Assembly: GCA_013416795.1 (NCBI GenBank)
Contig: RQSC01000306.1
Span: 1,324-58,750, forward strand
From: Prasinococcaceae sp. CCMP 1430
Lineage: Eukaryota; Plantae; Prasinodermophyta
Direction: 5' to 3'
DNA length: 57,427 nucleotides
Shown here: positions 20,965-33,000 of the stretch, one piece after another
How positions within the stretch are numbered: the first letter of the stretch is position 1
How the letters are laid out: every line of letters begins with the position of its first letter
Program-made: the position numbers and the translations under genes
The notes under the pieces: model-generated
The model's input: only the letters and a program-made list of their open reading frames with translations
The model's database searches: none
Told to the model about the DNA's origin: nothing

Positions 20965-22293
20965 ATGCACTTCAAGCGCGTGGAAGCAAGCCTGGATGTG
21001 TCGCTCCACCCTGCAGAGCTCAAAGATGCCTCCGCAGCGGTGGCGGGCAAGCTGGACGGCCTGCTGATGCGCTACAAGCCGCAGCTAGGAGGTGTGGTGC
21101 TCGCGTACTCCGGCGCCAAGGCGGCCGTACGCGACGCGCCTGCGGTGCTGCCGTACGTGCCGCACGTCGTGCTCGACGTGAGCGCGACACTCACAGTATT
21201 TTCGCCGCGCGTAGGGGAGTGCGTGCATGGGGTAGTGACCGCGGTTGGCAGCGAGCTCATCTCGCTGCTGGTGAGTGGCATCAAGGCGGTCGTGCGCGCC
21301 GACGAGCTCCGCGCCATCTCTGCGGACGACCAGGCTGGCGGGGACAAGTGGAGCTACGACCCCGCACGTCGTGTGTGGCACTGCGCATCGGATGGCGAGC
21401 GCTCGATCTGCGAGGGCTGCGAGGTCCGCTTCGTGGTGAGGGGCATTCAGGACCTGCGTGACGACCTGCTAGAGGAAGTTGAGGTGCTCGGTGCTCTGCG
21501 GCACTCCGAGGAAAGCCTGGACGCGGACGCGGCGCTCGGACGGGTAGGCGGCGCGCATGCGCGCGATGCCCCCAAGTGCGCGCCGACCACGCCGCTTGCG
21601 TCGCTCGCGACGCGAGGCATCGCCGCCAAGTCGCCCCTCATGTCGCCGGGAGACACGGGCGGCGGTAGTGCGAACGTCGCCCGCAAGCGCGTGAGCTTCG
21701 CGGCCCTGCCACCTGGCGGTGTGTCGATGCCCAACGGCGTGGCCAAAATCACGCCACTGCGCAGCAGCAGCGGCGGCGGTGGCGGCGGCAGCACTTTTGG
21801 AAAGCCTCAGGGGTCGGGTGGTGACGCCAGCGATGGCGACGGCGGCGGGAAGAAACGCAAGCGCAGTGGCAGCGAGGGCAGCGACGGCGGCGAGCAGAAC
21901 GGAGGCGCGGGCGGTGCGGGCGGCGACGGCGGCGAGGGCACGCCCGGAACCTCGAATGCGGAGAAACAGAAGAGCAAAAAGAAGAAGTACAAGGACAAGA
22001 AAAAGCGCAAGGCGAGGGAGCGAAAGGAGGGTGGCGGGGCCGGCGGCGGCGAAACGCCCGCCACGCCCGCCACGCCCGCTGCGGCCGCCAACGGCTCCGC
22101 CGCCGCGGCCAACGGCTCCGCGGCGGGACAAACGCCAGAGGAGATGCGCCGCAAGATGATTGAGGCGCTACAGAGCCAGATCGACAGCCTCAAGGCGCAG
22201 ACGACGCCCACGAGCGCAACGCCGGGCAAGTCGGGCGGAAAGAAGAAGAAGAAGAAGAAGAAGTACAAGGGCGGCAAAGGGGCGGGCAAGTAG
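20965..22293 (+). CDS. RPA43: RNA polymerase I subunit RPA43 (Rpb7-like) with a Lys-rich low-complexity tail
   Basis: MHFKRVEASLDVSLHPAEL..LLMRYKPQLGGVVLAYS..LTVFSPRVGECVHGVVTAVGSELISLLVSG; poly-Lys NLS-like tail. Confidence 0.78.
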   Translation: MHFKRVEASLDVSLHPAELKDASAAVAGKLDGLLMRYKPQLGGVVLAYSGAKAAVRDAPAVLPYVPHVVLDVSATLTVFSPRVGECVHGVVTAVGSELISLLVSGIKAVVRADELRAISADDQAGGDKWSYDPARRVWHCASDGERSICEGCEVRFVVRGIQDLRDDLLEEVEVLGALRHSEESLDADAALGRVGGAHARDAPKCAPTTPLASLATRGIAAKSPLMSPGDTGGGSANVARKRVSFAALPPGGVSMPNGVAKITPLRSSSGGGGGGSTFGKPQGSGGDASDGDGGGKKRKRSGSEGSDGGEQNGGAGGAGGDGGEGTPGTSNAEKQKSKKKKYKDKKKRKARERKEGGGAGGGETPATPATPAAAANGSAAAANGSAAGQTPEEMRRKMIEALQSQIDSLKAQTTPTSATPGKSGGKKKKKKKKYKGGKGAGK

Positions 22294-22612
22294 GGTGCTC
22301 CAGGGTAGCCCCTCCCGCCCTGCCACTCAACGTAATCAAAACTCCCCCTTCTGACTTCAGCACTGCTCGCATCTCAGTGTGGTTGCCGACGGTCGCTTGC
22401 GGGAGCGAGGAGGCGTCACGCGGCATCCCGCCGTGCATGCCAGGTGGTACTACGGTTGTTTTAATGTGCACATGAGTCGCGGCATCAGTGTGCGTGTGTG
22501 CCAGGCGCGGGCTCGGCGCTGCCGCCCGCACCACCGCCCCGCGGCACCGATTTTGTCCCGCACAATCGCCGGGCCTCCGTGTCACGCCGCGCAAAATTTT
22601 GTTGGCGCTTCT

Positions 22613-23562
22613 TCACAGATAGCCCTTCTTCTCAAGATACTCGATGACGGTCTGCGCCATCTCGGCGGGCGGCGCGAGGTCGCCGCCCTCCTCGGCGACC
22701 TGGATCTGAATCTCGGGCGTCAGCGGCTCCTCGTACGGGTCGTCGATGCCCGTGAAGCCCTTGATCTTGCCCGCACGCGCGGCCTTGTACAGGCCCTTCG
22801 GGTCGCGATCCTCGCACACCGACAGCGGGATCTTCATGTACACCTCCACGAAGTCACCCTCGGGCATGAGCGCACGCACGGCGTCGCGGTCGCCGCGGTA
22901 CGGCGAGATGAAGCTCACGAGGGTAATCACACCGGTGTCAGCGTACAGCTTCGAGACCTCACCGATGCGGCGGATGTTCTCCTCGCGGTCCTCCGCGCTG
23001 AAGCCGAGGTTCTTGCACAGGCCGTGGCGGATGTTGTCGCCGTCGAGCACGTACGCGAGCTTGCCGCGGTTGGCCAGGGCGTGCTCAACAGTGTACGCCT
23101 TTTGCGAGCGAGGGCAATCGCAGGATGGAGCGGCAGCAGGGAGGTTGTGGGGCGCGTCAGCAGGGCGACATTGCCAGCCTCGCGCGAGCGCACGCGATCG
23201 CAGCGCGATTGCAGCCCGACCGCGGCCGCGTCGCGGCCGGGTGGCGTCCGCCGCGTCAGCGGGGCGGGCAACGCACCAGCGTGGACTTGCCGCTACCCGA
23301 GAGACCAGTGAACCACAGCACGCAGCCCTTCTGGCCGAGAATCTTCTCACGGACGTCGCGCGTGACGTGCGACTCGTGCCACTTGATGTTGGTCGACTCG
23401 CCGACGTCGTACGCGGTCGTCTTCACGAAGCGCGTCGCCAGCGCGGGGAGCAGCGGCGCCGCCTGATCCCCACGCCGCGCAGTCGCACCGGGCGTGGCGA
23501 ATGCGGGCACACAGGCGGCGGGTTGGGGACAGGCGACACACGTCAGTCACGATCGCCGCCAT
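22613..23562 (-). CDS. APK: Adenylyl-sulfate (APS) kinase, 3 exons (introns 23550-23463, 23276-23099)
   Basis: [25 protein letters not shown]|[58 protein letters not shown]. Confidence 0.96.
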
Positions 23563-24632
23563 CGAGAGCGCTCGCGCCGGGCGCTCGCGCCGCCCGCGGC
23601 GCCCGCGTCGCCGCGCGCTTGCGCGCGCACCTTGGCGTCGGCCGCGCACAGAAAACACTTGACCTTCATGTACCAGTTGCCAGCCTTGACGACACACCCT
23701 TCCCCACCCCCATCCCCCATCCCACCCCACCCCCGCCGTCAACACCCCGTCAACACCCCCCGCCAGAGCATGCGGGCGCAATTCGCGCGCGCGCCGCCGC
23801 GGCGACGACGATTGGCCGATTTCCGCCGGCCCCGCAGCAGCCGCAGCCAACCAAACGTGCGAGGTCTATCCTGAAATCGCCATGCGATTACAGTACAGGA
23901 TCTCCTCGCGCTGATCAGGATCGATCCATCCACGCGCGGGCGCATGCACGCGAGGCACGCACGCCTCGCACGCGCCCAGCCAGCGGCGGGAGGTCGAAGA
24001 CGACGAACCTGCCTGCTGTACTGACTGACGGTACGCCGCACGAGCGCCCGCTGTGTCTGTGCCCCCGCGGCAGCAGCGCCGGGCGCCGACGCCTGGCTGG
24101 CGCCGTTCCCTGGCCGACCGGCTGACCGACCCACGGGCGCCGCCCCTCCATCCGTCCGTCTCGAACCCAAACCCAATCCCAAAAGTGCCCACATCGATCC
24201 ACACACTCTGGTGCACCCTCACACGCCACGACCACGACGAACACACCAAAACGCCTTCTCTCGCTGTTTGGTGGGGACCCTCTACGCGTTGAACCTAAAT
24301 CTCCGCGGCCCCGGGGGCGCGCCGCGCTGAGCTGGCGTGGCGGCCGCCGGCCGCTGCCAAAGGTGGTGCGCGGAGCGCGGTATCGCGCGCGGCGAGGAGC
24401 GGAATCCATGCGAGTGGAAATCGTATGAAAATTTGGTCGCATTGGATTCCAAATTGAAGATGAATTGATGGGATTCGGAGAGAGGGGTTCCGGGAACGCC
24501 CGCGCGCGCGAACGCGCGCGGCTGGCGGGGGGGGCGCGGCGGGCTGCGTCACACGCGGCGAGCGCGCGCGCGCGCGCCCCGTGGCGGCAGCTGGGCAGCC
24601 GGGCGGTCAAGCCGCCAGGTGGTCAGGCAACC

Positions 24633-25794
24633 ATGAGCCCGCCGGCCGCCGTAGCGCCGCCGCCTCCGCTGCCGGCGGCCGCGGCAACATTCCGCCAGTA
24701 CCGCAACGATGGGGGAGGGGGCAACGACGGTGCGCCGGGACAGAGCGCGCGACTGCGTGTGCCGACCGCCCACCTTTTCCACCCCTGCGTGTTCCGCTGA
24801 CCCGCTCGCGCGCTCCTCACCCGCGTCCCATCCTATTTGACCCCGCTTTTCCCGCGCGCGTGCGTGCGCCCGATGCTCTTGACGCGCACCCGCGCGCGCA
24901 TGCAGACCCGCGCACGGCGGTCACCTCGCGCGTGGAGGCCTTCTACAAGGAACAGCACGAGCGCCAGACCGTCGAGTTCGTGCGCGCCATGGAGGCGCGC
25001 TACACGCCTGCCCCGGCGCGTCGCGCGCCTGGTATGCCGCGCATGGGCGTGTGGGAGGCCGCAGAGCTGCTCGATACCATCATCGACGACAGCGATCCGG
25101 ACACGTCGCTCTCGCAGATCGAGCATTGCATGCAAACCGCCGAGGCGCTGCGAGCTGCGTTCCCCGGCGAGGAGCACGGCTGGTTGCATCTGACGGGCTT
25201 CATTCACGATTTGGGGAAGGTGCTGGCACATCCGGCCTTCGGATGCTTGCCCCAGTGGGCTGTCGTCGGAGACACCTACCCGGTTGCATGCGCGCCAGAC
25301 CCACTGGTGGTGTACCACGAGCACTTCGCGGGCTGCCCGGACGCGCGGGTCGAGGCGTACGCCAGAAAGCACGGCGTGTATTCGCCCGGATGTGGGCTGG
25401 ACAACGTGCACATGTCGTGGGGGCACGATGAGTACATTTACCGCGTGCTACGAGCGCACGCGCCGTGCGTGCTACCCCCCGAGGCGCTGTTCATCTGCCG
25501 ATATCACAGCTTCTACGCGTTGCACCAGCACGGCGCCTACGAATGGATGCTGACGGCCGAGGAGCGCCACACCATGCTCCCGTGGCTACGCACATTTCAG
25601 CGCTTCGACCTGTACTCGAAAGTACGTGCGCCCTTCCGCACGCGCACGCCCCCGCGTGTCCGAGCCTTCGCACGCTGACGGACAGCGCGCCTGCGTGCAC
25701 GCAGGACGACGACAACAGGCTTGACGTGCGCGCGCTGAGGCCATACTACGAGTCGCTCATCGACACGTACGTGCCTGGCGTGCTTCAGTGGTGA
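24633..25794 (+). CDS. MIOX: myo-inositol oxygenase, spliced
   Basis: FRQY.., FYKEQHERQTVEF, DDSDPD, QIEHCMQTAE, GFIHDLGKV, QWAVVGDTYPV, MSWGHDEY, RYHSFY, FDLYSK|DDDNRLD..LIDTYVPGVLQW. Confidence 0.96.
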
Positions 25795-25928
25795 CATGCA
25801 TGACCGCACAATGCAAGACCGCACGCGCTACTCAGGCAGCAGATGTAAGAAAGTCGGCGCGCACGCATTTGAGACAGAATAAGATTCGAGAGGAAAGAAT
25901 GCCGATGGGTACGCCGGGCACAGCGCCT

Positions 25929-28900
25929 TCAGTGGACGCCTTCAGGTTGCGTTGGCTTAACATGGAAGCCTCCTTGGTAGCGAATGCCTTCCTGGAGATC
26001 GGGCGGCAGGCGATGCATCTGCTGCGCCTCCGGGCAGCTCTCCTGCAGCGTGAGCGCCAGCGGCACGCCCGCGGGGCCGTACAGCGCGGCGGCCTCCTCG
26101 TTGTTGGCGAGCCCGAGACTCTTAGGGTCGGCGCTCACGACTTGTCCCAAAGGATTCACGGCGTAGCCCAAGCCCAAGCCTTCAGTTCGAACGCACACGC
26201 GCAAACGCGAGCAAGTGCAGGATAGCAGGTTCGTCAGCACGTCGATCGCGCATCGCAGTTGCGTGTGCGCGCCCGCGCACGCTCTGCGTGCACACGCGGC
26301 CCCATGTACGCGCGCGTGCGCATTCGCGCTCGGTTCTCACCTCTGTTTGGTTTTGGCTTGAGCGCGCCCAGCCTGTCCAAGTAGGCGCCCGGATCGGCCT
26401 CGTCCGAGTCTCCATCGACTTCGTCCGAATCGCCGAGTTCCTCTAGCAAGGCGTTCGCCTGCGCTGCGCTCAGCAGAGCGTTGCTGCACGCTTTCTCGTC
26501 GCCATCCGAGGGCGTACCGTCGGTCTCGGCCCCAGCCCCGGCCCTAAACGCCCCGGCAGCGTTGGCCGCAGCCTGAGACTCGGCACTGCTGTCATCTGCA
26601 GCTGCAGCATCGATTTTTTTGTCCTCGTCTGCAGAGGCGACCATACACGCGGCCCCGTACTCTGTTCCAGCCTCGCCAGCGGCCCCGGTCGGAGGCGTGC
26701 CCCTACCCCCTTGGCACCTTTTCGTGGCAACCTCAGCGGCGGACTCGATGCCAGCCTCCGCAGAGATGGCTCTAACTGACAGCCCGTCCAGCACTGCTGG
26801 GAACGCACGCCTCGCTTCCCTATCCTTACCGTCTGCAATGAGCCTCAGCACCGCGCGATACTCCTTGGCGAGCTCCCCCTCCGAAGACGCGTCTGGGTCC
26901 CACAGCGACACCCGCCCCGTGTCATCAGCGGTAAGCAGAACCTTGCCATCGGCGGAGAACGCCACGTGGCGCTGCGGCTCGCCGCAGTGCCACTCGCACA
27001 GTAGTGCCTTTGAAGCCGCTGCAAAGAGACGCAGGCTACCATCGAGTGACACCGCAGCAAAGCGCGCGCCATCTGGTGAGTAGGCCACCCCGAACCAGGC
27101 GCCACTGAAGCAGCCACCGTTGAGATGGACCTCGCCCATGCCGCGCAGCGACGACTGCACACAGCGGAGTGGTTTACCGCTGAGCGCCCGGCCCTTATGG
27201 GCGTCAATCACCGTCTCGGGCTTGCCCTCGCCAACTGGCTCACCCTTGATCTCCCACTCGACGATGGTCCCATCGAGACTTGCGCTGAGCAGGGTGTCGT
27301 ACTCGGCGCCCTCGTCGCGACCGGGCTTGAATGCAAGAGCACTGATGGCGCAGAGGTGGGCGTCGTGGTACCGCAAGATTCGCCCGGAGATGGCGCTGAA
27401 GACCAGCAGGCGGTTCTGCTGCACACGACCGGCAATGGCGCAGTGCGTGGCGAAGACCACCATGCGCCCACAGGGCGTGTACATGAGCTCGTTGACGGGG
27501 CCGGCAGTCCAACGCATGGTGTGCAGGCACTCGCCTGGTCCCTCGACATCGCCCACGAGATCCCACACGCGCACATCTTCGTCGTCCGACGCGCTGGCGA
27601 GCTGGCGGCCTGACGGACTGAACACGACGCGGTTGATGGTCTTCTTGTGCAGCGACGCCGTGGCAAGGCGTAGCAGGCCCGTGTGCGCATCCCACAGCCG
27701 GATGACGCGGTCGTCTCCCGCCGTGGCCAGGGCTGCGCCATATGCGTCGAAGGCGATGCTGCGTAGAGGGGCACAATGGCCTGCGAGCACCGCCACGCAT
27801 TCGCCGCCTCCGGACTCAACGTCGAGCAGCCACAGCCGAGCGGTTGCATCCTCAGAGGCTGTTGCAAGCAGCGTCGAGCCATCAGGGCACCAAGCAAGCG
27901 CAGTCACGGGCGCCTCGTGCCCCTCGAGTGCCGCGAGGAGTTCGCCGCTCGGCGCGCGCCACACGAAGGTCAGCCCGCTCTTGCAGCCGCCTGCCACCAG
28001 GGGCGCATCAGAGCCAGCGCCGCCGCCATTCCCCTTGTGCAGGTGTGACATCGGGTGCGGGTGGCGAAAGGCCACCGCATGCACCGCCGAGCCGGCGTGC
28101 GCGACACCCACGCGCGCGCAGCTTCGCAACGCCTCCCGAGCGCGCTCGAGCAGTGGGCCCGCGTCCGCCAGCCGGCAGCGTGGTGGCGCGGGGCCGTGTC
28201 CCCGCGCGAGGCCTAGCTCGCGTGCGCGCTCGAGTGCCTCGCGCGCGCCCGCCCACATCTCTAGCTCCAGCATGGCCTCGGCCTTGGATACGAATGCGTC
28301 CACCCACATTGGCCGTAGCGACGCAGCGGCAGCGCCGTCTGGGAGCGCCGCGAACACATTGCCGAGCGCGAGATGCGTGCGGCAGCGCGCTTCGAGCGCC
28401 TCGCTGAGCCGTGCGCTTAACTCTGCCGAAGACGACGCAGATGCGCTCTCGGCTTCGGACGCCAGCGCGCGCTCAGCGCCGTCCAGATACGCGAGCGCAG
28501 CCACGTAGTCACATCGCGCGTATGCGGCGTGCGCAGCCGACAGCATGTCCGACTCGGGCAAGTCGACTTCGCATGGGCGCGACGCGGGCGGCGTGTCGGC
28601 GTCTGCGCATCGCGTCTCCGACGACGGAGGCTGGGTGCCACTGCCGTACTCACTCGGCCCCATTTCTTGCGGGTGCACTCTCCTTGGTTGCTGCGGCTGC
28701 GGCTGCGGCTGCGGCTGCGGCTGCGGCTGCGGCTGCGGCTGCGGCTGCGGCTGCGGCTGCGGCTGCGGCCTCTGCGTTGCCTTCTGGGGCCTCGCTGCAA
28801 CGGTCGCTGCCGCGGCGGAGCCCCTACCCCTTGCCACCCCCCTGACGCCGACCCCGCCGCTACCCATGCCTCCGAAGGCCTTTGCGGCTGCAGTCGCGCC

Positions 28901-29378
28901 CTGCCGGCGCGCTGCCATTGCGCGTGCGAGTGATGTTGGTCCGCCGGGAGCACGCCAGGCAACGCCCCCGCGCCCACCTGCGCCTGCCCGAGCGCTGGCA
29001 GGGCGGTGGCCCGCGCGCGCTGCGCCTGCAGCGCCCGAGGCAAGCTCGGCCTTCGCCCATCCTTCCGAAAGTGCCTCATATGCCTTGCGGACTACATGCG
29101 CGAATAGGCGTGTGCGGGAGGGGCGCAGTGTGTGTCAGTGAGCGCAATACGACCACCGCGTGCATTCATTGCACACGCGGATGCCATGCGCCGGCGGCCA
29201 TTGCCTGCGACGAGTGCGCGCGCGCACCCCGGTCGAACTGCGCGGCGCTGCCGCCCTTGTCGGGATGGCTCTTCACGGCGAGTTTCTTGTACGCGACCTT
29301 CACGTCGGCCTCAGATGCGAAGCGCGGCAAGTCGAGTGCGCGCAAGGCCTCGCCAAGATCCATCGCGCCCGCCCCCAT
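25929..29378 (-). CDS. J-domain + (QP)n + TPR + WD40-repeat protein, spliced (intron 29226-29092; further intron near 26330-26200)
   Basis: AYKKLAVKSHPDKGGSAAQFDR-V-RKAYEALS is restored by the phase-1 intron and runs without stops into ORF 26234-28918; TPR-like helices (AAYARCDYVAALAYLD..RPMWVDAFVSKAEA); multiple GH..V..L.W/F..D...LATASED..RLW repeats. Confidence 0.78.
28691..28768 (-). repeat. 13 perfect hexamers (CCGCAG) encoding a (PQ)13 linker
   Basis: CTGCGG x13 on the plus strand. Confidence 0.95.
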
Positions 29379-30026
29379 CCGCCCACCCACTCCACCTTCC
29401 CGCCACCAGGCGCGCCCGTTGGCGCGCCGCGCGGAGTGCCGCGCCGGCGCGCTCGTCTGCGCTGTACGCACAATGCGCACGTGCACGCCGCAGCGGCGCG
29501 GGTCCCTCGGCGGAGGGATGGGAGCTGATGACGCGCTCACACGCATCCCAGCGAGCCTCATCCACACGGGGTCTCCCACCCCGTGCTCTCCTCGCGGCGG
29601 CCGGCCGGCGCCCCAAGCGGCGCAGCGGCAGCGCGCGCCAGGGGGGAACGCGCATTTCACGGCCCGCCTAATTCAGCGAGTGTTTGGAAAATAAAATTCT
29701 CTTTTGTGTTGTCAAGAGTCCGATTTCGCCTTCCGGAATCTTCTGGCGTCTTCGTAACGGCAGCGGCGGCGCGAGCGCGCACAGGGACTGCGGATGCGAA
29801 CGAAGCAGAATTAGGCAACCTACGTACACAACCTACGTACAGTACTGTACGATCCCCATCACAGACCCTCTCTAGTAGCTCCTCTCTCTACTGTAGCTAG
29901 GTGTCGTTGTGCATTCAGGTGGCCAGCATGTGCGGCGCGCGTGCGCCATCGGCAGCAGCGTGGGCGCCATCGGTAGCGGCGTGCGCGCCGGGTCTTTCGG
30001 GGCACGATCAAGCCTCAAGGACGCCA

Positions 30027-33000
30027 TCACACGAAGATCATATTGTTTTCGTTGCCTGAGTTGTCGTGTCGCGTGTCTTTGCTCCGGTCTGAGAGTGAGG
30101 AGGGGAAGACGGTGGGAGAAAGGGGTGGGGTAGGGTGGGGGTGGGGTGGGGGGTGGGGGAGGCGTGCGAGCGCGCTGCGGTGTTAGCGGCCGGAGGCATG
30201 CAGGGTGGGGAGCTCGCGCACGCCGTTCGCTCTTGCGTGTGGGCGGGCGAGGTGCGCTTCCCACGTGAGCGGTCAGCAGGACAATCTCACACGGGGCGCG
30301 CGCACGCACCCGTGATCCAGACGTCATCGACGACGAGCTTGTACATGTACTCGCCGGCAGGAAGTTTGAGCTTTGCTGTGAACGTCGCACAGCGTTGGTC
30401 ATCGTACTCGCTAGTGCGCGTCATCTCCAACCGGCCCTCCCACTCGTCAAAAGAGCCCGCCAGCTCGACATTCTTCGCCTCGCCGTGCCAGTCCACTGGT
30501 TTTGCGCATGCGAGCGCGCACGCGACGACGCTCGTGGCAGCGTGTCAGCGCGGGCCGCAGGGGCGCTCGCACGCAAGCGCTTCGCTCGCGCGTCCCTCGC
30601 GCGCGCTTGCGGCGTACCTATCACTGTTGTGAGCGCACTTTGATCGCCGTCACCCGAGTCGAAGACCACAGCCTCGATGCCGTCAAGAACCGCCGCCGCC
30701 GCAGCAGCTGCTGCCGCGGCCGCGGCCTCGGCCTCGGCCGCCTCCGCCGCGGCCCGAGCCTCAGCCTCGGCAGCTTCCTGAGCGGCTCGGGCCTCAGCCA
30801 GAGCGGCCAGGGCCTGAGCCTCGGCAGCTTCCTGAGCAGCCAGGGCCTCAGCCTCGGCGGCCTCCTGAGCGGCTCTCGCAGCAGCAGCAGCAACAGCGAT
30901 AGCCTCCGCCTCCGCCGCAGCCTTCTCAGCTTCCATCTCTGCGGCAGCGGCAGCGCTCTCACACTCGGCTATAGCCCTGGCATCGGCCTCCGCCTGGGCA
31001 GCGGCAGCGGCAGCGGCCTTGGCCTTCACCTTGGCCTTCGCGTAGGCCCGGGCCTCGGCCTCGGCCTTGTGCTTGGGGCCGTCCTCGACCTCGGTCGCCG
31101 CCCTGGCCTTGGCAGCCGTCTCGGCAGCAACAGCGGCAGCCACGACGGCCTCGGCTTTTAGCTTGGCCCTGGTAGCGGCGTCAGCGTCGGCCTTGGCCGC
31201 TGCCTTGAATGCTGCGTTTGCCTCGGCTTCGGTGGCATAGACGACGCCTCCGTTTGCCTCGGCCCAGACGTTGGTTTTGGCCACCTCCGCGGCGGTGGCC
31301 ACCTCATCGACCACTTCAACAGGGACGGCCGGCGCGGAAGGGGGGAAGGCGGCGCGCGAGGAGTCCCCCACAGCGTCGGCCCGGCCATAGGCGTCTGCGT
31401 TGGCTCTAGCCATGGCCTCGGCCTCGGCCTCGGCCTTGGCTGCCGCCACCTTTGCGGCGACGATGTCAACGTCGGACAAGCCCTGGACCCCGGACATCAT
31501 ATCTCGCTTTGTCTTGGCAGCAGCCTGCTGGGGTGTGAGTTTCCTCAAATCGAGCTGTGCGGCTTCCTCGGCTTTCGCCTTCAGCTGTGCGGCTTCCTTT
31601 TGCTCGGCCTTGGCCTTGGCCATGTTGGCCTTGGCTGCAGCCTTCGCTTCCGCCACCAAGGCCTCGGCCTTTGCCTTCGCATCAGCCTCGATCTTCGCCT
31701 GGTGCTCGGCTTCAATCTCGGCCTCGATCTCCTCCTCGGTCATCAGCGCGCGTCTCGCCTTCTTCTCAGCCTCGGCCTTCGCCTTCGCCTTCGCCTCAGC
31801 CTTTGCCTTTGCCTTCGCCTCAGCCTTTGCCTTCGCCTTCGCCTCGGCCTCGGCCTTTGCCCTCGCCTCAGCCTCGGCCTTCTCCTTCTCCTTTCGCTCG
31901 GCCTCCGCCTTCGCCTCAGCCTCGGCCTTCGCCTTTGCCTCGGCCTTCGCCTTTGCCTCGGCCTTCGCCTCGGCCTTCGCCTTCTGCTCAGCCTCAGCCT
32001 TCGCCTTCTGCTCAGCCTCGGCCTTCGTCTTTGCCTCGGCCGCGGCCTTTTCCTTCTCCTTCTGCTCAGTCTCGGCCTTCGCCTTCGCCTCGGCCTCGGC
32101 CGCCGCCTTCTGCTCAGCCTCGGCCCCCGCCTTCGCCTCGGCCTCGGCCTTCTCTGTCTTCTCAGCCTCCGCCTCAGCCAAGGCGTTGGTCTGTGCCACC
32201 TCTGCGGCGGTTGCCATCGCATCGACAACCTCAACGGGAACAGCCAGCGCGGGGCGGGGAACGGTGGCGCGCGGGGACTCGCCCGCAGTCTCGGCTCTGG
32301 CCTTGGCTTCCGCCTCGGCCTTGGCCTCGGCCTTGGCTGCCGCAACCTTCGCGGCGACGACATCAACGACGTCCTTCGTCTTCGCCTCGGGCTGGCCCAA
32401 GTCCTCCTGCTCAGCCTCGGCCTTCGCCTTTGCATCGGCCTCGGCCTTCGCCTTTGCATCGGCCTCGGCCTTCGCCTTTGCATCGGCCTCGGCCTTCGCC
32501 TTTGCATCGGCCTCGGCCTTCGCCTTTGCATCGGCCTCGGCCTTCGCCTTTGCATCGGCCTCGGCCTTCGCCTTTGCCTCGGCCTCGGCCTCGGCCTTCG
32601 CCTCGGCCTCGGCCTTCGCCTTCGACTCGGCTTCGGCCGCCGCCTTTGCCTCGGCCTCGGCTTCGGCCGCCGCCTTGTGCTCAGCCTCTGCCTTCGCCTC
32701 TGCCTCTGCCTCTGCCTTGGCCTTCGCCTCTGCCTTGGCCTCGGCCTCGGCCTTGGCCTTCTCCTTTGCCTCGGCCTCCGCCTTTGCCTTCTGCTCGGCC
32801 TCAGCCTTTGCTTTCGCTTCTGCCTCTGCCTTCTCCTTGGCCTTGGCCTCCACCTTTGCCTTCTGCTCGGCCTCGGCCTTTGCCTTCTGCTCGGCCTCGG
32901 CCTTCGCCTTGGCCTCGGCCTTCTCTTTCTGCTCAATCTCGGCCTTTGCCTTCGCCTCGGCTTCGGCCTTTGCCTTCGCCTCGGCCTCGGCCTCCGTAGC

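Noticed and set aside
22613-25794. APK/MIOX/selU as a sulfur-selenium metabolic cluster
   Set aside because: APK and selU are about 30 kb apart with many unrelated genes between them, and MIOX is unrelated; there is no evidence of clustering.
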